DNA of 60,270 nucleotides from a virus (lineage: Duplodnaviria > Caudoviricetes). A program made the position numbers and the translations under genes. Position 1 is the first letter of the stretch; each line of letters begins with the position of its first letter. The stretch is from IMG/VR virus record IMGVR_UViG_3300037473_000305, positions 1 through 60,270 of that record. The stretch is one strand, 5' to 3'. This document shows, piece after piece, positions 19,101 through 28,270 of the stretch. The notes under the pieces are model-generated. The model worked only from the letters and a program-made list of their open reading frames with translations, searched no databases and had not been told where the DNA came from.

Positions 19101-19955
19101 TTAAACAATAATTTTTACTTGCTTTATCGCGAGGTTCAAATCAAATGTTGACGGCTCTTTCTCAGTGCTGTGAGGCGGCTGATCCGTAGTGTCTTGAGTT
19201 GAATCCATCTTGCCTAATTGTGTTGTTTCAAGGGTAGGTGTTGCGGAGTTACTACCGAATAAGACTGCGCTTCCTTCCATAATCTTTGCTTCCAGTACAG
19301 CCCAAAAGAAGCCTTCTTTTTCAGCCTCATCACCGTTAGCTACCATGGGGAAATACTTATCCCAGTTCTCCTTTTGAACTGGGTATTCATCATCATTTAT
19401 ACATGTAACGAGTTTTACATACTGCATCCCAACTGAATGGTTTTTCACCCGTTTCTTGGCATACTGCTCGTACATATACTCATTTCGATCTTTCTCAACG
19501 ATGGCATTAAATAACAGTGCTTCGGTGGTGCCGGCGTAATCAAGTCCCAATTCTTTCCACGTTAATGTCTTTGTAGATGCTGCACACTCTTCTGCGATGA
19601 CGTCCTGAAAAGAACGCCCATGAGCTTCCAGCAGGTAGAAGCCACTTCGCTTGTTATCGGATAGGGACTTCTTCCATAATCCAGGTATATGAACATCCCA
19701 GTGACTATCGAACCAGTTCGTGGTATTGATCACCGGGACAACTTTTAATTTGCCATTATCTTCGACAGGCATCAATGGATCGCCTTCTGCCTTGTTAACC
19801 AAGTTGCCTTTCTCATCCACAAGCAATGGCGCCGAAAAGAAGCCATCAGTTTCCTTGGTAATACTTTTTTTGGCGTTGAATATCAAAGCCTCGTTTTTCA
19901 CCAGGTAGTTGAATAACTCCTTGCCCGTTAAATTGCTGGGGATGAAATTTTTCAT
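19101..19955 (-). CDS. Prohead maturation protease
   Basis: DSHWDVH, HSVGMQY, EGSAVLFGSN motifs; between portal and capsid. Confidence 0.8.
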   Translation of the reverse strand: MKNFIPSNLTGKELFNYLVKNEALIFNAKKSITKETDGFFSAPLLVDEKGNLVNKAEGDPLMPVEDNGKLKVVPVINTTNWFDSHWDVHIPGLWKKSLSDNKRSGFYLLEAHGRSFQDVIAEECAASTKTLTWKELGLDYAGTTEALLFNAIVEKDRNEYMYEQYAKKRVKNHSVGMQYVKLVTCINDDEYPVQKENWDKYFPMVANGDEAEKEGFFWAVLEAKIMEGSAVLFGSNSATPTLETTQLGKMDSTQDTTDQPPHSTEKEPSTFDLNLAIKQVKIIV

Positions 19956-20021
19956 TTCTTTATAATTTTTTTGTCGGCCACCTGCTTGTCTTTATCGAAC
20001 ATTTTTGCTTCAAGTATTTTT

Positions 20022-21455
20022 TTATCCACCTTGATTTTCGGTGGTTGCTTCTTGTCCTTGTCCTTCATTGGTATTTTGATTTTGTGTTTCCTGATTTAAT
20101 TTCTTCCACTCACTGTAATAGATATCACCTCCATCCGGCAGCGGATCTTCGCCGTTTAATTCAAGCCATCTATTGCGAGTGATCAGATCATTCTGCCATT
20201 CGATCAGCAACGCATCATTACGAGACTTGCGTGCCTGCGCCGCCTGCACCTGATCTTCCTGTAGGACTTGCACATGCGTGAAATCTTTATCGATGATGAT
20301 GTTGAATCGTTGTGTGTCGAACAGTTGGTTCCATTGCTCGTACATGCTTTCCGCTTCAGGAATGGTAGCGTCCTGGTAAAGCAACTTTTTGCCCTCATTC
20401 AGATTTGAGAAAGTGGTTCCCTTTGCTGAGGACATTAATTGATACGGATAGTTGTAGGCGTCGCAAATAGCCATGGTATTGGCCTCAATTTCCTCAAATA
20501 GCATAAGGTCCCTGGTCGGAACGCCCATGCTTTGCCATTTCAATGAAGCGGAAGTAATGATGAATTGCCATTGGTGGTTTTTTAAACCGTACCGGCGGAA
20601 GTCCTGTTGTAACTGTTCCTTCGATTCAGGCGTCATTGCAATGGGTCCATAAGTACCCGTTCCCGGGTCCTGACTGAGAATACCTAATGCGCCCCGATAA
20701 TTAATGAGCACATTACGTGACTCATAGGCACCGATGATGTTATTGATCGGCATAGAGAGAGCAGCAATACGGGATTCTGGTAGAACTAACGTGCAGAAGG
20801 AAGGTGTGAAATCTTTCATGATGAAGATTTCAGAAGGCTTCAGCTTAGTTTCAATTCCTTTGTATGTAAGGGTAATGTCGCTGATCATCCCCGATATATC
20901 GGACTGATAAAACAGTTTTTTTGTTTCCTCTATGCTGAGCATCGTTGGAGGGATATTCCAAAGACTGGATGCATCAATATTATCTTTGAAACCCGCCGGC
21001 TTTATGGGCAGAACTATATTAAATCCGAATAACTGTTGATAGATATACCCTTGCGCTTCGAATTGCTTCCAGGATTGTAATGGGTTCGGTTTATTGATCA
21101 GCGCTTTGATCTTGCTTGCTTCAGCACCTGTCGCTTCTTTACCTTTCGCTTTCCCTTGCGTATTCAGCACCCACGTCTTACCATTGATGTACGCCTGTGC
21201 TTTTCTATTGATGATGGCATTAACTGGCGGGCATCTTTCATAAGCTCGTTGTGAGTCCGGGTGACCGGAATAGGTGAAGTAAAAAAAAGACTTTCCATGC
21301 TGCTCGAAAAACCAGTTGCCGTTTGTGTCAATAGATGGGCGGTAATCGATGGGGGAGACATAGAACGGATCGGGTGGCGTCAACGATTTTAAAGCGGTTC
21401 CAAAATCGCCTCGAAGAAGTTCCTTGCCAGCTGTTAATAATCGTTGTGTATTCAT
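20022..21455 (-). CDS. Portal protein (HK97-like)
   Basis: LINKPNPLQSW..F, TFSN..E..K.LYQ..IP, ITRN motifs; start taken at MNTQRLL. Confidence 0.9.
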   Translation of the reverse strand: MNTQRLLTAGKELLRGDFGTALKSLTPPDPFYVSPIDYRPSIDTNGNWFFEQHGKSFFYFTYSGHPDSQRAYERCPPVNAIINRKAQAYINGKTWVLNTQGKAKGKEATGAEASKIKALINKPNPLQSWKQFEAQGYIYQQLFGFNIVLPIKPAGFKDNIDASSLWNIPPTMLSIEETKKLFYQSDISGMISDITLTYKGIETKLKPSEIFIMKDFTPSFCTLVLPESRIAALSMPINNIIGAYESRNVLINYRGALGILSQDPGTGTYGPIAMTPESKEQLQQDFRRYGLKNHQWQFIITSASLKWQSMGVPTRDLMLFEEIEANTMAICDAYNYPYQLMSSAKGTTFSNLNEGKKLLYQDATIPEAESMYEQWNQLFDTQRFNIIIDKDFTHVQVLQEDQVQAAQARKSRNDALLIEWQNDLITRNRWLELNGEDPLPDGGDIYYSEWKKLNQETQNQNTNEGQGQEATTENQGG

Positions 21456-21461
21456 ATAAAG

Positions 21462-21508
21462 AAAAAAGGGCCACAACCACCGAAATGGTCATGGCCCTCT
21501 TGGGGCGC
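21462..21508 (-). promoter_or_regulatory. Hairpin plus U-tract on the portal leader, overlapped by a tandem G(A/C)GNNCC motif
   Basis: Minus strand GCGCCCC-AA-GAGGGCCatgaccatttcggtggttgtggcccTTTTTTctttatATG. Confidence 0.55.
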
Positions 21509-21535
21509 AATATTTTTTTTGTCAGCGTTGGCCCG

Positions 21536-21739
21536 CTATGCTCTAAGTCTTTCTGCTCGTGGTTGCTCAACTATTGGGGGCGCTTGCTGTGTATGTGTTA
21601 TCTCTGCTGTTGTATAAGTCGCACAATGCTTGCACTTGAACCGGGCTTTGCCGTATTCAATCTCACCAATTATCTTGTTACATTTGGAATTACTACAACG
21701 AATTGTCCTCACAGTTACGAAATTATAATTTATTTTCAA
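21536..21739 (-). CDS. Com-like (phage Mu) zinc-finger regulator
   Basis: IRC.N.KCNK.IG......FKCKHC four-Cys ribbon in a 67-aa protein. Confidence 0.7.
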   Translation of the reverse strand: MKINYNFVTVRTIRCSNSKCNKIIGEIEYGKARFKCKHCATYTTAEITHTQQAPPIVEQPRAERLRA

Positions 21740-22355
21740 TTCTTCCTGAATTTTCTATATTTTGAGAATTTGGCTCCATATGACCCCTGCTTCGTCGGTC
21801 GCAGGTTACTAAGGGCAACTCAATGAAATTGGTGGGAACTTGCGAGGTGACTTCCTTGATATACCGGTAATCCCCTGCTTTCTGCCCATCCAAACCTGAC
21901 AGCATCTTGTATTTTGAGTGCAGCACCATGCAGGGCAGGCCGATCTTTCCTTCGACGATCACTTTCTTCCGGATGTAATTTTCAGCTGGCTTAGGAACAC
22001 TATTACGCAGGAATTGACAAATTATAGCGCCGGGCGTCTGCAGATGGACGGCCAGTTCTTCCAGAATGGTCGGTCTCGTCAGTGTATCGTCATCGTCAAG
22101 GAACATAAACCAGCCCTCTGTGACCAGCGTTTTCAGGTCATTACTATAGCAGTCGTAAAAATAAGGCAGACTGTTATCGGCATAAACAAAGAGTTTGGTA
22201 AGGTCTTGCGGAATATAGTCAAGGGCTGATGCGCGGTCATACCCGACGATGATGCGATAATGTTGATAAGTCTGTTGATGGATTGATTGCAGGCAGCGGG
22301 CAAAGAGTTGCGGGCGGTTACTTGTGCGAATGAGGATATTGATCAGCGCGTTCAT
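21723..22355 (-). CDS. Glycosyltransferase family 2-like
   Basis: ILIRTSNRP..F..CL.SI..QTY, IIVGYD, FMFLDDDD. Confidence 0.88.
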   Translation of the reverse strand: MNALINILIRTSNRPQLFARCLQSIHQQTYQHYRIIVGYDRASALDYIPQDLTKLFVYADNSLPYFYDCYSNDLKTLVTEGWFMFLDDDDTLTRPTILEELAVHLQTPGAIICQFLRNSVPKPAENYIRKKVIVEGKIGLPCMVLHSKYKMLSGLDGQKAGDYRYIKEVTSQVPTNFIELPLVTCDRRSRGHMEPNSQNIENSGRIENKL

Positions 22356-22894
22356 GGCTTGGTCACAACTAAGGTCTTCCAATCAGGATGCCCTTCTTGT
22401 TTGTACGCCCTGTGCGGCATCCTCAGTACTAAGTCCTGTGTTTCCTGGCTGGGCATCCAGACCGAAGGTTGACACCAGTTATCAAGGATAAGGCGACCGC
22501 CGCGGTTTAGGTGCCTTACCGCTTCGATCACGCAAGCATCCCTTAGTTCAACCGGCTCGTTGTCCACCACAATAATATCGAAGAAGCCGCTGTGAAAATG
22601 GCTGATAATATCGGGTGAGTAGTCGCCACCCATGTGGATGGCGACTGTCGCGTTGTTAGACAGGTTTTCTCTTACGGTATTCGCCCATTCAAGATTATTT
22701 TCGATGGCGTAGACCGCGCGACACTTCGCCGCCCACCACAACGTACTTGCGCCGCACCCGTATTCAAATACTACCTTGTCTTTCAAATCCCATGTCACCA
22801 GATCATCGAGAAACGATTTGGTATACCACGGTAACACAAGGCCAGTGTCCGGGCATCGGTGTTGCCATTCGTTTATTGAGTTGAGATCAATCAT
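22352..22894 (-). CDS. Class I SAM-dependent methyltransferase
   Basis: VFEYGCGASTLWW motif I, FDIIVVD, L..GG.LILDN. Confidence 0.85.
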   Translation of the reverse strand: MIDLNSINEWQHRCPDTGLVLPWYTKSFLDDLVTWDLKDKVVFEYGCGASTLWWAAKCRAVYAIENNLEWANTVRENLSNNATVAIHMGGDYSPDIISHFHSGFFDIIVVDNEPVELRDACVIEAVRHLNRGGRLILDNWCQPSVWMPSQETQDLVLRMPHRAYKQEGHPDWKTLVVTKP

Positions 22895-22996
22895 TTCAAA
22901 AAGATTGATATTATTCCTGCTATACCTAAACCATAACAGATACCCGCAATGAACCACATGATTACTTCTTTACGAGTATATTGCTCCATATTTGCT

Positions 22997-23584
22997 TTAA
23001 TCATCATCAAATTTATAAGGCCCCAAAGATAACCCCCGGAACTGGTTAACGTCAATCTTATTGCTGACGAGTGTTGCACCTGCCCCGCCGCCGTTCTTAT
23101 TGTAGTTGAGACGGTAGGTGAATTTGGCGAATACAGGTTCAAAACCATAGTTACCGGCGCCTCCAATCTCGGTGTCATGTACACAAATGATCTGAGCTTT
23201 GTCCCTCATGCGTTCAATGGCTATCTTGCGATGTTCACCTGGGGCGTGGTCACAAAAGAATAGACCGCATTCTCGGTAAACGCTGGGTAACTCCCAAGAC
23301 GATGTATAGTTTGACCCGGTCTTTGTCGCCCATTCCTTATTGGATTCCCAGCTTTCGAACGGCCTTTCATTGGCACTACAGTACTTTCGTAAGTAAGGTG
23401 TACTACCTTCGCCCGAACCAAACTCAATAACTAGGTCTTTTGTGAGAGCCAGTCCAAGCAGAAGCATGGGTAAATGATTATTCCAGTTGCCGGTGACGCC
23501 TTGCAAGAAACCAAACTCATCATTCATATTAATACGAGTTATCTCTATGGCAAAGGGACTCGGTTCGCTATTTATATCCCGCAT
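22997..23584 (-). CDS. SAM-dependent methyltransferase-like protein
   Basis: VIEFGSGEGST motif I, FFCDHAP, ICVHDTE. Confidence 0.7.
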   Translation of the reverse strand: MRDINSEPSPFAIEITRINMNDEFGFLQGVTGNWNNHLPMLLLGLALTKDLVIEFGSGEGSTPYLRKYCSANERPFESWESNKEWATKTGSNYTSSWELPSVYRECGLFFCDHAPGEHRKIAIERMRDKAQIICVHDTEIGGAGNYGFEPVFAKFTYRLNYNKNGGGAGATLVSNKIDVNQFRGLSLGPYKFDDD

Positions 23585-24306
23585 AACGCCTCCTTAAATT
23601 TAAGAATGAACGAATAATCTTCACCCGGCCACAGCTTTTCAAACACTTCAATCTGAGCGTCCCAGTCGCCTCGGGGCATGTGGACGTCAATAATGTCACC
23701 AGGTATGTGCTTAAAATCAAATCTGTCCCATCTACCTGTAGGCAGCCCGTGTTTGTTTTGATTACCACGGTCAACGAAGGTGATGCGTTCCATGCCATAC
23801 TCATGCGCGCGTTGGGTGAGCAGTTGCTGGTCAACGCTCCAGTAATCTTCCCATTTGTCAGAATATGACTTGTCAGGAATTGTAAACTCGCCCATCAGTT
23901 CCTGCCATTTAGCTGATGTAGCCTTGACATAACAGATTGGAATTTCTGACCTGCCAGTTAAATCATAACCGTAAGAAACTATCTGCCCGTCTTCCACAGG
24001 ATGAGTAAAAATATCTTTTGCTATTATCATGTCCGCGTCTGCCGTGATCAATATGTCGGAATCTTCACAACCTTTAACGAACAATCTTTTGAGTTGCGCA
24101 AATGTCGAATCCCTTACGTCCTTTACAGATGGGTTACCGAAAATATGTGCGGGACAATATTCCATCAGCTTGAATTGAATTTCTTCCGGCACATTGATGG
24201 CATATACTATCGGCCAGTACCCAATCTTTCGCCAGCTATGACATGTGAGAGGGAGTAGCTCAAAGTAGGATGAATTATTATCTGTGCTGAGAATGGCGTA
24301 TTTCAT
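23572..24306 (-). CDS. GT-A-fold glycosyltransferase-like protein
   Basis: ILITADADM DxD motif; later DQQLL and C-terminal His (DVH). Confidence 0.65.
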   Translation of the reverse strand: MKYAILSTDNNSSYFELLPLTCHSWRKIGYWPIVYAINVPEEIQFKLMEYCPAHIFGNPSVKDVRDSTFAQLKRLFVKGCEDSDILITADADMIIAKDIFTHPVEDGQIVSYGYDLTGRSEIPICYVKATSAKWQELMGEFTIPDKSYSDKWEDYWSVDQQLLTQRAHEYGMERITFVDRGNQNKHGLPTGRWDRFDFKHIPGDIIDVHMPRGDWDAQIEVFEKLWPGEDYSFILKFKEALCGI

Positions 24307-24893
24307 AATAAATCTTTTCGGATGAATAAAGAATTCCAGTAATTCAGCCCCGCCCCATGCGCCTCCGTCAACTCATGCTGCACCGGCTCGTACCACCTCA
24401 ATAAGTTCTCCATGCACTTATCGTAATACTGATCGTGTAAGGCGCGGTGGCAGTGGAGGTGAAATTCAACGCTGATTTGTTTGGGAATGGATTGAAAGTT
24501 GGGGTCGGATAAAAGAAAGTACTCTGTACCCTCTACATCTAACTTCAGGATGTCGATTGTTTTACCTTGTTGCTCAACCAAGTCATTGTACAAGTCGTTA
24601 ATGCCAATGCCTGTGATGTGCTTACCAGTGTTACTGATAAATTTAGCCTGTTGATCTTTTGTATCAATATAAAGGTATTCGCCATACTTAGGCATTAGGG
24701 CGAACCTCATAAACGTAATGCCATCGGGATTCTCAGGATGCATATCTTCCAAATCCATTGCTATCACTGGACATCCCAAATTACGTATTGCCTCTGCAAA
24801 CTGGAAGCCTCTGCAGCCCGCATCGATGCAGATGCCGCCGGTAAGGAGGTCGAGGTCAACAGAATGCTCAGCGATACATTGTATGTTCATCAC
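24303..24893 (-). CDS. FkbM-family methyltransferase
   Basis: CIDAGC, IDILKLDVEGTEY, QISVEFH. Confidence 0.9.
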   Translation of the reverse strand: MMNIQCIAEHSVDLDLLTGGICIDAGCRGFQFAEAIRNLGCPVIAMDLEDMHPENPDGITFMRFALMPKYGEYLYIDTKDQQAKFISNTGKHITGIGINDLYNDLVEQQGKTIDILKLDVEGTEYFLLSDPNFQSIPKQISVEFHLHCHRALHDQYYDKCMENLLRWYEPVQHELTEAHGAGLNYWNSLFIRKDLL

Positions 24894-25516
24894 TTAAAGT
24901 GTTGCTTTAAAATTATACTGTCAGGCCCACTATTATATCTCATGTCCTCGCACGTGACAGGCCCATACCCATGCAAATTCATCGATAGCGACAACAAAGC
25001 TTCATCATGTCGGTGACCCCCTAATTTCTCACCAGCGGCGCCGAATAGCCCTTGGCGCTCAGATCGCGCCCATGTCTCGAATATCTTTTCACAGTCTGGA
25101 TGATTAAAGTCCCAAACATATACGCTTCCGCCGACCAGGTGCAAGTGGTCGGGACAGTCGCTATACCCGAACCAGTCCAGCGCTTTGTCCGATACAAGAC
25201 CTTTCAACTTGTTATCATCCTTTGCCGCCAGTACCGGATGATTCAGCGTGAACCAGTAATCAACGGGGTGTTGTAGGACGCAGGCGGTATCAAGCCAGAT
25301 GATGCGTTTGTAGCCCCAGTTTAATGCCCTCCTTACTGCATGTACTTTAAAACCGTATAAGCTCTCTTTATGTGTCCTACTATTAGGCGGGTAACCATTG
25401 CAATGCATAATATGCTGCGCTGGCGTATAAAACTGCATTAGCGAGTTATGCAATCGCTTTTGCTGCTCTATATACTGTTCGCCAAATGCAACAGAAAGGA
25501 AAATAAAGTCGGTCAT
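24890..25516 (-). CDS. GT-A-fold glycosyltransferase-like protein
   Basis: YGFKVHAV...GYKRIIWLDT, HRHDEALLS. Confidence 0.7.
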   Translation of the reverse strand: MTDFIFLSVAFGEQYIEQQKRLHNSLMQFYTPAQHIMHCNGYPPNSRTHKESLYGFKVHAVRRALNWGYKRIIWLDTACVLQHPVDYWFTLNHPVLAAKDDNKLKGLVSDKALDWFGYSDCPDHLHLVGGSVYVWDFNHPDCEKIFETWARSERQGLFGAAGEKLGGHRHDEALLSLSMNLHGYGPVTCEDMRYNSGPDSIILKQHFK

Positions 25517-26364
25517 AACTGCCAGTAAAAAACTGATGGATATTGTTTCTCGATACTTTCCCAATACTCATTGTCCTTCCCATGCTGCTGTAAGAACTTT
25601 ACTACTGCGTCCACCTGCATGCCGGCAGCGCCGATGTGAAAGCCATAACCATTCGTCTCTTTCAGCTCATCAGGCACCCCAATCTCCTTCAAGTCGATGT
25701 CATGAATGAAGTTGTGGCAATCACCGCGGAACGTCTGCGGATGGCCAAGGACGAAGTGTTCTGTGATGCTATCGGCTACCTTTGGCAGGACATACCGGTT
25801 CAAGAAATCCTGGTCGGCACCTTTGCGGGAGAAGTCAATGCCCTGAGCAAGCGAGAGCAGTTCGTCGAATGATTGTACACCCATGCGGTTACGGAACGGG
25901 CCCGACATGAATGAACACATACCGCCCATAAGGGTTATGTTGTGGCTGACGCTGTCCGTTATTGCGTGTGCCATCTTTGAACCCCTTTCCCAATAGGCGA
26001 CCGCCTGGCGTTCGCGGTAAGATAGCAAGCTGTCTGCATCTCGACAGAGGACGCGCTCGTACTTGTTGTTCTTACCCACTATTTTGAAGATGGGCAGCAA
26101 CCTCCACAACATCATTTTACATAGTTGGTCTTGAGGCAAGACCTGCAGGTCAATCCTGAAGTCCTGATTGAGCTTCCATAGATACCCTTGGTAAGGCGAC
26201 CTGTAGCTTGATTCATCAACCCCCAAGTGAATAATCCAGTCAGGGTACAGTAGTTGGGCGACCCTGATATTGATGTGTAGACCCCTGATGTAACTGCGGA
26301 ATTCGTAGCAATTCTCGTACTGCTGGTTGTAACCGAAGAGAGAATATGCGATTGCGTCAGCCAT
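25513..26364 (-). CDS. GT-A-fold glycosyltransferase-like protein
   Basis: IAYSLFG, YPDW, MLWRLLP, RDADS, LMGGM, DQDFL. Confidence 0.7.
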   Translation of the reverse strand: MADAIAYSLFGYNQQYENCYEFRSYIRGLHINIRVAQLLYPDWIIHLGVDESSYRSPYQGYLWKLNQDFRIDLQVLPQDQLCKMMLWRLLPIFKIVGKNNKYERVLCRDADSLLSYRERQAVAYWERGSKMAHAITDSVSHNITLMGGMCSFMSGPFRNRMGVQSFDELLSLAQGIDFSRKGADQDFLNRYVLPKVADSITEHFVLGHPQTFRGDCHNFIHDIDLKEIGVPDELKETNGYGFHIGAAGMQVDAVVKFLQQHGKDNEYWESIEKQYPSVFYWQL

Positions 26365-26626
26365 TTGGGAAAGGATTTTCGGTGAATACTGATACTGGCG
26401 GCATGCCTGTGCCACTTATCGACAACCACACAACGCCCGTTCGTTGAATTTCTTCAAGATCTTCTTTTGATAGTTTCCAGCATGATATGATCGTGGGACA
26501 GGTAGTGCCGTTTTCGTCAATGGGCGCGTCGCCTTTCCATACTGAAAGATCGCTGCACTGTTCATCCGTCCAACCTTCCGGCTTTTTAAAAACAAAGTTG
26601 TGTTGTGGGAATGTTACTGGTAGCAT
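26357..26626 (-). CDS. Hypothetical protein, 89 aa
   Basis: ISCWKLS.EDLEEI.RTG.VWL...PPV; tightly packed in operon. Confidence 0.7.
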   Translation of the reverse strand: MLPVTFPQHNFVFKKPEGWTDEQCSDLSVWKGDAPIDENGTTCPTIISCWKLSKEDLEEIQRTGVVWLSISGTGMPPVSVFTENPFPNG

Positions 26627-26627
26627 A

Positions 26628-27197
26628 TTAATATCGTTTGTCAGAAATAAAAAGGTAATTGTATATCACTTCATCAATCCAATGCTCCGTCTTCAATACA
26701 CCGGTATGCTGCAAGTCCATAGCCCACTTACTATCTTCACTGAATCGCCATTCGGGAAATACTGCCTTTCGCGCGTGCTCAGTCTTCAGGCAATTGATGT
26801 GCATGATCGGGCGATAAAAAACACCATCGTCACCGGTGAACAGGGTGTCATACTTGATAGAGTGGACGAACTTTGTAGGGTTTTGGCCGTCTTTAGTATA
26901 GATGCCAGTGAGCGAACAACAGTCAACGCCTTTACTTATCCCCTCCATTAGGTGCTTAATATAGTTCGGCCCTGGCATATCGTCATCATCAAAGAAGGCC
27001 ATGTATTCGGTATCTACTTCGGCCATCATCTTATTGCGCTTGGTGCCTATATCGATGGTGGTGTCGTCGTTAGTGTATATTCTCACAAAGGCGCCATTGT
27101 CAAGACATTGATACGCAAGCGCCACCTCTAATCTTTCCAGAAAATGTTTTCGGGCTGGCAATGTTGGAATTAGTATTGTTAAAGTTCCTTTTATCAT
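26628..27197 (-). CDS. Glycosyltransferase family 2-like
   Basis: LTILIPT, IGTKRN, YMAFFDDDD, SED..W. Confidence 0.9.
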   Translation of the reverse strand: MIKGTLTILIPTLPARKHFLERLEVALAYQCLDNGAFVRIYTNDDTTIDIGTKRNKMMAEVDTEYMAFFDDDDMPGPNYIKHLMEGISKGVDCCSLTGIYTKDGQNPTKFVHSIKYDTLFTGDDGVFYRPIMHINCLKTEHARKAVFPEWRFSEDSKWAMDLQHTGVLKTEHWIDEVIYNYLFISDKRY

Positions 27198-27847
27198 AAG
27201 TCAAACCCTCTCGCTTTTCTCAGTTCAAAAATCTCTTGGTCCTTGTTGTACGTATCATTGCGCCAGTATAGCTCGTCTTTCACAGCTTTCCGATTGTTGG
27301 TGTAATGCAGGTGCTCAATACTCACATCAGGCACATGAATATAGCAACCTCGGCGCTTAGCTACTTCGGTGGCTTCGTCATCACAAAACATGGAATAGTA
27401 ATCACCGTGGTACACATAACCATCCCGCTGATAGTATCGCTTACCAATAATACTTACCGTGCAAACCCGGTCTTTGGCATAATCATCATAGGCGTGAAGA
27501 AAGCCGTCCAGGTTCTCCGGCATGTGCTTGCGAATAATGTCGTCGAAGCCGAACGTCCTGAATCGCATATCATCACTTGCATTTACCAGGATCGCCCAGT
27601 CGGGAACAGTATCGAGATCGCGATTGATCGCATGGATCTTCGATGTACTTGTGCCCCATTTAATGTATACATTGCGATAGCCGGCTATCCGCTTTTTCAC
27701 CTCCTCGTTATTCATAGTCGCATCATCGTCATCCAGCTTAGCCACAATAAAGTAGTTCCTTGACGTGCACATCTGAACAATGTTGTTGATCGTCTCAAAA
27801 AACTTTTCAGGTCTTGACCTACTGGCCAGATTGAAGAGGATTGTCAT
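27194..27847 (-). CDS. Glycosyltransferase (GT-A/GT2-like)
   Basis: SRSRPEKF, KIHAINR, NASDDM, FCDDE, IEHLH. Confidence 0.8.
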   Translation of the reverse strand: MTILFNLASRSRPEKFFETINNIVQMCTSRNYFIVAKLDDDDATMNNEEVKKRIAGYRNVYIKWGTSTSKIHAINRDLDTVPDWAILVNASDDMRFRTFGFDDIIRKHMPENLDGFLHAYDDYAKDRVCTVSIIGKRYYQRDGYVYHGDYYSMFCDDEATEVAKRRGCYIHVPDVSIEHLHYTNNRKAVKDELYWRNDTYNKDQEIFELRKARGFDL

Positions 27848-28022
27848 CTTGTTGATTGAATCGGTCTACAAATTCTTTAATGCCTTCTGTGGTAGCAGTA
27901 GCTGTGATCGGCTTTATTGGCTTCGGCGCAGGCCCCATATCTTCGATATCCAGATTCTTTTTGTCCTGCTTACTGGCGCCTTCTTTGAGTGGTTCGATGC
28001 GGTGTTTATTTTTCTTGCTCAT
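27819..28022 (-). CDS. Small hydrophilic hypothetical protein
   Basis: TAATG-coupled in operon. Confidence 0.55.
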   Translation of the reverse strand: MSKKNKHRIEPLKEGASKQDKKNLDIEDMGPAPKPIKPITATATTEGIKEFVDRFNQQDDNPLQSGQ

Positions 28023-28270
28023 TACTTTTTATTTATGATCGCGTTGAGTTGACTTGATATCCACCCGAGTATCAGTCCACCACATACCATCTGCCAGACC
28101 GTTTGAAGCAGGGGTATAAGCAGCAGCCCGAAGCACACAGAGTAGCATATCCAACGAATGAAGGACAGTGGAATGTGAACCGGCGCTTCGTCTGTTGTCA
28201 CTCCATTACTTGCAGGCATATTAACATCCTTGCTGGTATTGATGTCCGGAAACTTTCTTGGCTCTGTCAT
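28022..28270 (-). CDS. Small two-TM membrane protein
   Basis: Two C-terminal hydrophobic helices; ATGA coupling. Confidence 0.6.
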   Translation of the reverse strand: MTEPRKFPDINTSKDVNMPASNGVTTDEAPVHIPLSFIRWICYSVCFGLLLIPLLQTVWQMVCGGLILGWISSQLNAIINKK

